A stretch of 64,000 nucleotides of DNA. Source: an uncultured virus (IMG/VR IMGVR_UViG_3300023174_000069). Lineage: Duplodnaviria > Heunggongvirae > Uroviricota > Caudoviricetes. The notes below the pieces were generated by a model that saw nothing but the letters and a program-made list of their open reading frames with translations, searched no databases and was not told where the DNA came from. Both the position numbers and the translations under genes were made by a program. Below are positions 37,101 to 45,456 of this stretch, piece after piece (the stretch's first letter is position 1; every line of letters begins with the position of its first letter). The stretch lies in IMG/VR virus record IMGVR_UViG_3300023174_000069; one strand, given 5' to 3'.

Positions 37101-38048
37101 ATGGCAAAGATTAAAGGGATCAAAACAAAAACTGGTGACAATACATCTGCCGTAGCAAAAACAACTGCTGATGGTGGAGCTCCTGCACAAGTATCATCTG
37201 GTGTTATTACTATGCTTGCTCAAGCAACTGTTCCATCAGGATGGTTTTTGTGTGATGGAACAGCATATTCACAAACAACCTATGCTTCTTTATATGCTGT
37301 AATAGGCAGCGCATACAACACTCATCCAACTTTAGGTGCTCCTGCCGCAGGAAATTTTAGAGTTCCTGATCTCAGAGATGTATTTCCTTTGGCAATGAAT
37401 CCATCTGGAGCAACAGGAACAACAGCTTTAGGTACATATAGCACAACTGGATGGAATCATACACATACAGTTCCTGCACACTCGCACACATTAGCAAATC
37501 ACACACATACTTTAGGAAATCACACTCATAGTGTGCCTGCTCATAGTCACACACTAAACAGTCATACTCATTCTGTACCTTCACACGCTCATGCCATATA
37601 TGGTCATATTCATTATTTTGCAGGACATCAGCACTCAGGAACAGTCAACGTTACCGCAAGTCATTACCATCAAATGGGTGTAACAAGCGATTCAACTACT
37701 GGGTCGTCTGACAACCGAGTTTCTAACACAGCCACAGGAACTATGACATCTAATTCTACAGGCGCTTTTACTCTAGGAATAGGAGGAACCATTGGTAACG
37801 CAAATAATGCCGATAGTGGTCATAATACAGATTGGTATTCGTATGCTGAGACTCAAAATGTCACAGCTACTTCAGGAACTACTGGCACACCAAGTGCAAA
37901 CTCAGGAACTTCAGCAGTATTTAACTCAGGAACACCAAGTGCTGCTTCTGGTGTGCCATCATCCAATACAACAAGCAGTGATGGTGCTGCTGCAACAGGC
38001 TCGGCGAATCCACCATATTTTGGAGTTCATTTCATAATCAAAGCATAA
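37101..38048 (+). CDS. Tail-collar domain protein with His-rich needle (paralogue 3)
   Basis: PSGWFLCDG...YASLYAVIG...FRVPDLR; 10 HxH motifs; NPPYFGVHFIIK. Confidence 0.88.
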   Translation: MAKIKGIKTKTGDNTSAVAKTTADGGAPAQVSSGVITMLAQATVPSGWFLCDGTAYSQTTYASLYAVIGSAYNTHPTLGAPAAGNFRVPDLRDVFPLAMNPSGATGTTALGTYSTTGWNHTHTVPAHSHTLANHTHTLGNHTHSVPAHSHTLNSHTHSVPSHAHAIYGHIHYFAGHQHSGTVNVTASHYHQMGVTSDSTTGSSDNRVSNTATGTMTSNSTGAFTLGIGGTIGNANNADSGHNTDWYSYAETQNVTATSGTTGTPSANSGTSAVFNSGTPSAASGVPSSNTTSSDGAAATGSANPPYFGVHFIIKA

Positions 38049-38082
38049 TTCACCAGAATGTTCATATTAAAAGGTTATAAAC

Positions 38083-38565
38083 ATGACACATCACTTTTAC
38101 AGCATACTAAAACAGTACGCACAGTCTGTGTCAGACAGCTTTACCCTTGGTGGACTATTTAAAAGTGCTCTTTTGCTTGTAGCTGCTTTTTTAGCTCCGA
38201 TAGCAACCGTCATTTTTGCTGTGATGTTCTTGATATTTGTGGATCTTATTACAGGCATGTTGGCTTCTATTAAGGAAAAACAAACTATAACAAGCTCTGC
38301 TATGTCTCGAACAATAGCAAAAACGTTTGTATATTGCACGACAATAATTGTAACGCACGTTGTTCATAAATATCTGTTAGTGGGCTTTGATTTTCCCGTA
38401 GAAAGTGTTGTTTCTGGTTTCATAGCTCTTACCGAGATGAAATCAATTTTGGAAAACATGAACAGAATTAGCAATCAATCTGTTCTGAAAGATTTAATAT
38501 TAATATTTTCTAACGAGAGGGAGCGACGACTGCCACCAAAAAAGACCAAAAAAGATGATCAATAA
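38083..38565 (+). CDS. Holin (phage holin family 4-like)
   Basis: Hydrophobic helices with DLITGM...ITSSAM...K...EMKSILEN signature and a basic C-terminus. Confidence 0.75.
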   Translation: MTHHFYSILKQYAQSVSDSFTLGGLFKSALLLVAAFLAPIATVIFAVMFLIFVDLITGMLASIKEKQTITSSAMSRTIAKTFVYCTTIIVTHVVHKYLLVGFDFPVESVVSGFIALTEMKSILENMNRISNQSVLKDLILIFSNERERRLPPKKTKKDDQ

Positions 38566-38650
38566 CTTGCTTTTCTTATAAGGTCGTTATGTTGAGACAC
38601 TTATGGTGAATTATATAATAAGAACATAAGCACTAGCAGGTGCGAGTGTA

Positions 38651-38658
38651 AATAAATA
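38651..38658 (+). promoter_or_regulatory. T4-type late promoter (AATAAATA)
   Basis: Intergenic, upstream of the 38686 fibre. Confidence 0.55.
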
Positions 38659-38685
38659 CTTAATAGGATATTTGGATTTACACTC

Positions 38686-41600
38686 ATGACGCTAATAAAC
38701 ACCACAAAACAAAATATTGATATAGAAAGGCTCAAAGTTGAGTTGGAGTCTTTAGGCATTTTGGAAAATGGTGTAGCTACTTTTAAGATTATTGGAATAA
38801 CACCAACAGTTACTGGCACTTCGGTTGATGTTGAAAGATTAAATCAAACCCCATTAACACAAGCTGATATTGAGTTAATAGTTTCTACAGTAAATCTTCA
38901 CGTTGACGAAAAGCGACGTAGAGTTATTGTTAATGAAATTCCTAATTTTTCTAACGAGGCGTCTAATAAAAAGTTTGTTGATGAGACTATTGCGGGATTG
39001 GTCAATAGTGCGCCAGGAACACTCGATACACTAAACGAATTGGCTCAAGCATTGGGAAATAATGCTAACTTTGCCACAAATATTACTAATCAAATTAGTA
39101 ATGTACAAACCACACTCAGTAGTAGATTAGATACAGCAGAAAGTGACATATCTAATTTACAAGATTCTGATGTACTCTTAGGACAACAAATAGCCGGGCT
39201 AGACAACAGAATATCTGATATTGAAGCCGAACCTCCTTATAGAAATATAAGTGAGCACGATGATGTTACTATAACCACACCTACTTCTGGGCAAGTATTA
39301 AAATATAATGGTTCTAAATGGGTTAATTTACAGGACAATACATTTACTGGAAGTTATAACGATCTTACTAATTCACCATTTATACCAACTACATTAAACG
39401 ATTTAACTGATGTTGCTTTACAAAGCAGCACTATAGGTCAAGTATTAACATATGATGGAACAAATTGGCAAAATCAAAATTTGCCAACTATTGGTATAGT
39501 ATCTTTAAATTCTTCTCAATCATCAACACAATCACTGGTAGTAGGTAACACAGGAAATGATTTCAATATTTCTACGGCCGATGGGGGTGTTCACACCTTT
39601 AATATTCCTGACGCCGCTTATACTAAAAGAGGATTAGTAACAACATCTAATCAAACATTTACAGGAACTAAAACATTTCAATCAAGTCTAGCAAGTAGCG
39701 TAGGACTTATTGTTCGTGGCGCTGCGGCACAAACAGCAAATCTTTTAGAAGTGCAAACCAACTCTTTTACTCCAGTATTAATTATTAATTCCCAAGGAAG
39801 TATTTCTGTAGGATCATGGAACGCCGATACAATACAAATTTCTGTAGGTGGCACTGGCGCTAGTTCTGCTCAAAGTGCAATAAATAATTTAACACAAGTT
39901 AGTTCCGCTAGTGATGAATATGTTTTAACCAAAGATACTACTACTGGAAATGCCATATGGAAAGCCACAGCCAGTAGAGTTACTGCAATTAACTCTCTGA
40001 CTTCTGGTGCTCAAACTATTGCTACAGGAACTACAGGATCCGACTTCAACGTTTCTAGTTCTGGCTCCACACACACATTAAATTTACCAGACGCTAGTGC
40101 TACTGCAAGAGGTGTTATAACCATTGGTGCACAGACCATAACCGGAACAAAGACGATACAAACTTCCTCTGCAACTAATAAAGCATTAATATTAAAAGAA
40201 ACGACATCTCAATCAGCTAATATGTTTGAGATTCAAGACAGTTCTGGAACACCATTAACTGTTATAAACTCTTCTGGGTATATAGGTATTCCAAGCGGAG
40301 GTGGTGCTGCATCTCCGGGGTTATATTTTACCGCAAACACAAACATGGGGTTGTATAGAAAGGCCTTCAACGTAATGGGGTTTGTCTCAAACGGGCAGCC
40401 AGCATTAATGATAGATGGACAATCTGGTGTTGGACGGCTAGGAGTTGGTGATACCGGAACTGTTGTATCAAGACTACAATTAATTGATGATAATCTTGTA
40501 GCAACAGCAGGTATGACGTTTGGTACTAACTCAAGCACATACGTTCAACTATATCGTTCTGCAAACAACATTTTAACATTAAATGGTGGATTTAATATTG
40601 TTAATGCTGGTGCTGGAAACAAAGCTCTTGTTGTTAAGAGTGCAGTGGGACAATCAGCTAATATGTTTGAGATTCAAGACAGTTCTGGAACACCAGTGCT
40701 GTCGATTGATAGTGTCGGTAGTTTATCAGTCGGTACAGTGCCGGCGGCTCGTGTTACTGGTCTTGCAACAGTAGCAACAAGTGGTGTTTATTCAGACTTG
40801 ACTGGTAAACCATCTCTTGCAACAGTTGCTACAAGTGGTTCATATAATGATCTTACAAACAAACCAGCAATACCTAGTTTAACTGGCTATGCAACAGAAG
40901 CATATGTTGATAGCAAAGTTTCTGTTGCGCCTTCTGGAAGTGTTATGGCATTTGCAGGTAGTTCTGCGCCGGGAGGATGGTTGTTGTGTAATGGAGCATC
41001 TGTAAATACCTACACATATAGTCAACTTCATGCAGTTATAAGCAATACTTATGGAGGTTCTGCATATCAAGCAGGAACGACCGATCAAATAGGCGCCGCT
41101 ACTACGTTTACACTACCAGATTTAAGAAGCCGTGCTGTTGTAGGCATGGGCAGCACAATAAATAATACTTTGGGTGGTAATGATGGTGTAGCAGAAGGTT
41201 CAAGAAGTCTCACACACTCGCACAACACAACAATACCAGCTCATTATCACTCGATGGGAACTGGTGCTACACTGAATATTACTAGCTCTGGATCTGGCAC
41301 AACAGGAATTGAATCAGGTGGTCATACACACTCAGTATCAGGAACTACAGGCAACGATTCGCCAGATCACAATCACTCGGGATCTACGGGTTGGCAGTCC
41401 GCAGACCACGGTCACTATGTAAGTGGTACAACATATACTGATGGATTGCACAATCATTTAATGCCAACATCCCGAGGTTCTGCCACAGGCGGAACTGGAA
41501 AGGTTGACAAAAACAACGGAACCACAGACAGCAACACAGGAACTGTTGATACAGGATCATCTTCCAGTGAGCATAGTCACGGCTTTGCGGTGTGGAGTGG

Positions 41601-41862
41601 TGGTGTTAGTGCAAATCACTATCATGATTTTACTACGGGAGGAAGACTTGGATATCATCAACACTCATTTTCTGCGACTTCAGGTGGCGTTAGTGCTAAT
41701 CATACACACACAACTCCTAGTCATACCCACGGATCCGCCAATTTTTCTGGAGCCATAGGACAAGTAACCGGAGGTGTTGATGGTAATACTGCACAAACTG
41801 TTAGCAGCACCAGCACACAAAATCACAACTATTTAATTTTAAATTACATTATTAAAACCTAG
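38686..41862 (+). CDS. Long tail fibre with C-terminal collar domain and HxH needle
   Basis: APGTLDTLNELAQALGN motif; QSANMFEIQDSSGTP repeats; collar PSGSVMAFAG...GWLLCNG...LPDLR; 11 HxH motifs; YLILNYIIKT end. Confidence 0.85.
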   Translation: MTLINTTKQNIDIERLKVELESLGILENGVATFKIIGITPTVTGTSVDVERLNQTPLTQADIELIVSTVNLHVDEKRRRVIVNEIPNFSNEASNKKFVDETIAGLVNSAPGTLDTLNELAQALGNNANFATNITNQISNVQTTLSSRLDTAESDISNLQDSDVLLGQQIAGLDNRISDIEAEPPYRNISEHDDVTITTPTSGQVLKYNGSKWVNLQDNTFTGSYNDLTNSPFIPTTLNDLTDVALQSSTIGQVLTYDGTNWQNQNLPTIGIVSLNSSQSSTQSLVVGNTGNDFNISTADGGVHTFNIPDAAYTKRGLVTTSNQTFTGTKTFQSSLASSVGLIVRGAAAQTANLLEVQTNSFTPVLIINSQGSISVGSWNADTIQISVGGTGASSAQSAINNLTQVSSASDEYVLTKDTTTGNAIWKATASRVTAINSLTSGAQTIATGTTGSDFNVSSSGSTHTLNLPDASATARGVITIGAQTITGTKTIQTSSATNKALILKETTSQSANMFEIQDSSGTPLTVINSSGYIGIPSGGGAASPGLYFTANTNMGLYRKAFNVMGFVSNGQPALMIDGQSGVGRLGVGDTGTVVSRLQLIDDNLVATAGMTFGTNSSTYVQLYRSANNILTLNGGFNIVNAGAGNKALVVKSAVGQSANMFEIQDSSGTPVLSIDSVGSLSVGTVPAARVTGLATVATSGVYSDLTGKPSLATVATSGSYNDLTNKPAIPSLTGYATEAYVDSKVSVAPSGSVMAFAGSSAPGGWLLCNGASVNTYTYSQLHAVISNTYGGSAYQAGTTDQIGAATTFTLPDLRSRAVVGMGSTINNTLGGNDGVAEGSRSLTHSHNTTIPAHYHSMGTGATLNITSSGSGTTGIESGGHTHSVSGTTGNDSPDHNHSGSTGWQSADHGHYVSGTTYTDGLHNHLMPTSRGSATGGTGKVDKNNGTTDSNTGTVDTGSSSSEHSHGFAVWSGGVSANHYHDFTTGGRLGYHQHSFSATSGGVSANHTHTTPSHTHGSANFSGAIGQVTGGVDGNTAQTVSSTSTQNHNYLILNYIIKT
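40210..40695 (+). repeat. 45-bp exact direct repeat in a fibre gene
   Basis: caatcagctaatatgtttgagattcaagacagttctggaacacca at 40210-40254 and 40651-40695. Confidence 0.85.
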
Positions 41863-41871
41863 GATAGGAAT

Positions 41872-43113
41872 ATGGCAACAAACACACAATCTTTTGTATG
41901 TCGAGAAAAACCCAACAAAGTTGACTTACGAACGTATGTGTTGGCTAATAGTCCTAGTCCAAACACTGAGCAAGTGTTTTTAAATGGAGTTTTGCAGAAT
42001 TTTGGGGTAGATAATGATTATACCATAGCAGACAAAACCATAGTATTTAATGCTTCAACACAAATGGAAGAAGCAGATGTTATTTTAGTAAATTATATTA
42101 TCGATTCTTATACACCACCAGCTCCTGATATTGTTCCTAGTGGAGCATCTTTGGAAGGTAGAAAAAATTTAATTCATTGGTGTTTGCGAAGACTTGGTGC
42201 ACCCGTAATTGATATTAATTTGGATGAAGATCAAATTGAAGATCGTATTGATGAAGCACTTATGTATTTTAGAGACTATCACTTTGATGGTGTTGAAAGA
42301 GCATATTTACATTATCAAATTACTGCATCATCTATAGAATTAGAAAGCCCATTTACCGACAATCTCGAAAGAGGAACTGTTTTAACTGGAGCAACGAGTG
42401 GTGCTACAGCATCAGTATTTGATAAAAGTCTTGACGGAAAAATTATCAGAATAAAACATTTAACTGATAATAGATTGCGAAAAGGAGAAACAGTAAAAAT
42501 TGGTGATACTACTAATCTCATAGAGATTTTAAACACAGACGCCGCAGTATTTTTAGGAGATTGCGATAACAAATACATTAATGTGGGTAAAAAAGCACTA
42601 GCTATCACTAATATTATTCCACAAGAATCATCTACGATTGGTGGAAACTTAGGTGGTATGTTTGACTTTCAGTATCAGTTCGCACTTAACAATATGTTTA
42701 ATTTAGCCTCGACTGATTTGGTAACCTACGATTTATATCAACGATATATAACGATGTGGGAATTTATGTTTCGTGGTGCAAAGGGCATACGCTTCAATAG
42801 AAAAACAGATCGTGTTTACTTAGACGTTGAAGATTTTTTAGTAGGAAAATGGATAATACTAGAAGCATGGGTAGCACTAGATCCTTCCATATATCTTGAG
42901 ATTTATTCTGACGAGTTTGTTAGAGAGTATGCGTACAATCTTATTAAGCTACAGTGGGGAACTAATCTTAAAAAGTTCTCGGGTGTTGCGCTACCTGGAG
43001 GTGTTACATTAAATGGACAGCAGATTTATGATGAAGCCAAAGCCGATTTAGAAATCTTGCGAGAGCGAGTGCGTAAAGAGTTTGAGTTGCCACCAGACTT
43101 TTTTGTCGGGTAG
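41872..43113 (+). CDS. gp13: Neck protein gp13 with an extra N-terminal beta-domain
   Basis: CLRRLGAPVIDINLDEDQIEDRIDEAL; KLQWGTNLKKFSGVALPGGVTLNGQQIYDEA. Confidence 0.95.
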   Translation: MATNTQSFVCREKPNKVDLRTYVLANSPSPNTEQVFLNGVLQNFGVDNDYTIADKTIVFNASTQMEEADVILVNYIIDSYTPPAPDIVPSGASLEGRKNLIHWCLRRLGAPVIDINLDEDQIEDRIDEALMYFRDYHFDGVERAYLHYQITASSIELESPFTDNLERGTVLTGATSGATASVFDKSLDGKIIRIKHLTDNRLRKGETVKIGDTTNLIEILNTDAAVFLGDCDNKYINVGKKALAITNIIPQESSTIGGNLGGMFDFQYQFALNNMFNLASTDLVTYDLYQRYITMWEFMFRGAKGIRFNRKTDRVYLDVEDFLVGKWIILEAWVALDPSIYLEIYSDEFVREYAYNLIKLQWGTNLKKFSGVALPGGVTLNGQQIYDEAKADLEILRERVRKEFELPPDFFVG

Positions 43114-43129
43114 TGTTTGGATTATACAT

Positions 43130-43137
43130 CATAAATA
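43130..43137 (+). promoter_or_regulatory. T4-type late promoter (CATAAATA)
   Basis: Between gp13 and gp14. Confidence 0.55.
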
Positions 43138-43160
43138 CTATGTATAGAGAGGTATTGTAA

Positions 43161-44009
43161 GTGGCTAACAACAAATATTTTAATTTATATCATCAGACAC
43201 AAGAGCAAAGTCTGGTAAATGATCTCGTCGAAGAGGTTATAAAAATCCACGCCATCAATGCCATTTATATTCCTAGAACCAATGAAAAAATAGATCCTCT
43301 ATTTCGAGAAGATCCTTTAGCACACTTTGACGACTATCATCACATAGAAGTGTATATAAAGAACGTAGATGGGTTTGAAGGAGATGGTGACATCTTTAAA
43401 AAATTTGGTTTAGAAATAAAAAATCAAATTACATTAACTATATCCAGATCTAGTTTTTGTAAGATATTTGGTAAAGAATTGTCACGACCTCGTGAAGGAG
43501 ATTTAATTTATTTACCACTGAGTATTGCTGATGCACTTTACGAAATACGTTTTGTTAAAGAAGATTCTGTATTTTATAACTTAGGTGAATTTTACACTTA
43601 TGATTTGCAGTGTGAGCAATTTGCTGTTCAAGATGAAGAAGTCAATACAGGTATTGATGTTATTGATGAAATTGCCGATGAAGGATCTCAAACATTTATC
43701 TTAGACATTTCAGGAGCTTCAGGTACATTTGAAGAAGATGAAATTATCTATCAAGGACCTTCTGCCGTGGGTGCTACTGCTAGAGCTACCGTGGTTACGC
43801 AACTATCATCAACGCAAGTAAAGGTGAAAAATCTGTTTCAATCTTTTAGTGTTTTTGGTGGAGAAATTAAAGGAACAGTTAGTAATATTACAGCTAGTGT
43901 AGCAGCACCAATAGATACTGGAAATATACAAGATGATTTCGGAGCCAAGAATCGAGACTTTGTTGTAATTGATTTCACTGAAAACAACCCATTTTCTGAG
44001 GAAGAATAA
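43161..44009 (+). CDS. gp14: Neck protein gp14
   Basis: EQSLVNDLVEE...YIPR...GFEGDGDIFKKFGLEI...RPREGDLIY...DFTENNPF; GTG start with GAGG SD. Confidence 0.95.
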   Translation: MANNKYFNLYHQTQEQSLVNDLVEEVIKIHAINAIYIPRTNEKIDPLFREDPLAHFDDYHHIEVYIKNVDGFEGDGDIFKKFGLEIKNQITLTISRSSFCKIFGKELSRPREGDLIYLPLSIADALYEIRFVKEDSVFYNLGEFYTYDLQCEQFAVQDEEVNTGIDVIDEIADEGSQTFILDISGASGTFEEDEIIYQGPSAVGATARATVVTQLSSTQVKVKNLFQSFSVFGGEIKGTVSNITASVAAPIDTGNIQDDFGAKNRDFVVIDFTENNPFSEEE

Positions 44010-44011
44010 TC

Positions 44012-44905
44012 GTGTTTGGACAACCGTTTTATCACAACACGCTACGAAAGATTGTTGCTAGTTTTGGTGCCATTTTTGCTAACATTTACGTTGTTAAACG
44101 TGGTGAAAATAGTACAGAGCTTGAGCGACTGAAAGTTCCTTTGGCGTATGGCCCAGCCGAAAGATACTTAGTACGAACACTAGAAGATCCTGAGCTTAAC
44201 AGAAACTTTGCTATTAAGTTACCTCGCATGAGTTTTCAGATTTCTAGCATCGAGTATGACTCACAACGAAAGCTCAACACAATAAAGAAAAATGCTGCTC
44301 CAATAAATGGTGTTCCTAATGATGTTATTAGACAGTATCAAGGTGTTCCATACAAAATAGGAATAGAATTAAACGTAATTTCAAAATATATTAATGATGC
44401 TAATCAAATTATCGAACAGATACTTCCTTGGTTTACACCAGCATTTACGATAACAATCAATAGCATTCCTGAAATGGAGTATAAAGATGATATTGCTATT
44501 GTATTAAACTCAGTAGCACTACAAGACAACTACGAAGATGATTGGACTTCTCGTAGAGATATTATTTGGACACTTACGTTTGATGTAAAAGCCATTTTCT
44601 ATGGACCTATGATCAATAAAGAGCTTATCACCACAGCAATTACTGATGTATACAGTGTGGCTGGTGCCGATTTACAAGATCCAAGACAATTACAAACTAT
44701 TGCTCGTGCAGCTAGAGGCACACTATCAGTAACTCCTGATGATGCTACATATAGAGATGAGTTTGGCTATACAGAATCATTTGAAGGATTTTTTGATGGT
44801 AAAGTTAGAGATCCTGCTACAGGTGAAGACGTAACGCCTACTAACAAAATTACACCAGAGGTAATACCTTCTAAAACCAAAGTGGAGCCACCAAAACTAT
44901 CATAA
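44012..44905 (+). CDS. gp15: Tail sheath stabiliser/terminator gp15
   Basis: FYHNTLRKIVASFG...KVPLAYGP...LPRMSF...QIIEQILPWF. Confidence 0.95.
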   Translation: MFGQPFYHNTLRKIVASFGAIFANIYVVKRGENSTELERLKVPLAYGPAERYLVRTLEDPELNRNFAIKLPRMSFQISSIEYDSQRKLNTIKKNAAPINGVPNDVIRQYQGVPYKIGIELNVISKYINDANQIIEQILPWFTPAFTITINSIPEMEYKDDIAIVLNSVALQDNYEDDWTSRRDIIWTLTFDVKAIFYGPMINKELITTAITDVYSVAGADLQDPRQLQTIARAARGTLSVTPDDATYRDEFGYTESFEGFFDGKVRDPATGEDVTPTNKITPEVIPSKTKVEPPKLS

Positions 44906-44922
44906 CCTATTAAGAGAGATGT

Positions 44923-45456
44923 ATGAGTGAAAAAGACATTATAAAAAAATATGAAACTGAGTCCAAATCTTTTGTTGCTACTGAAGATGATTTAAAAGTT
45001 ATTCAGGAATTTGCTACACAAGAATCTAAGAAAGATCCTGTTATTACCCGAGGTGAGTTTAAGACCAACGACGTTACACTCAACCCAGTTAAGTTTGAAG
45101 AAAAACCTGTAGTTACAGCACCACAAACTGGTGACGACTTAAAAACCGATTACAACTACATTAGAACCAATATTTACGCTATCACTGAGCGCAGTGTTGA
45201 AGCTCTCAACAATCTTGTACAGATTGCTGATCAGAGTCAGCATCCTAGAGCGTATGAAGTAGTTGCTTTATTAGTCAACACGATTGCTAATGCACAGAAA
45301 GATTTAATGACAATACATCAACAAAAAGCCAAAATTGAGGGTGTTATACTTAAAAATCAACCTGAAGTTGTCAACAATAACCTATTTGTAGGTAACACTG
45401 CACAACTGGACGAGATTATATCCAAAATGAGTCTTAAAAAGCCTACCGATGAGTAA
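44923..45456 (+). CDS. gp16: Terminase small subunit
   Basis: DYNYIRTN...HPRAYEV...NNNLFVGNTAQL. Confidence 0.93.
   Translation: MSEKDIIKKYETESKSFVATEDDLKVIQEFATQESKKDPVITRGEFKTNDVTLNPVKFEEKPVVTAPQTGDDLKTDYNYIRTNIYAITERSVEALNNLVQIADQSQHPRAYEVVALLVNTIANAQKDLMTIHQQKAKIEGVILKNQPEVVNNNLFVGNTAQLDEIISKMSLKKPTDE

Noticed and set aside
23258..41862. Diversity-generating retroelement or invertible tail-fibre switch
   Set aside because: No reverse transcriptase or invertase in the window, no repeat pair with adenine-specific differences noticed, and no inverted gene segments.
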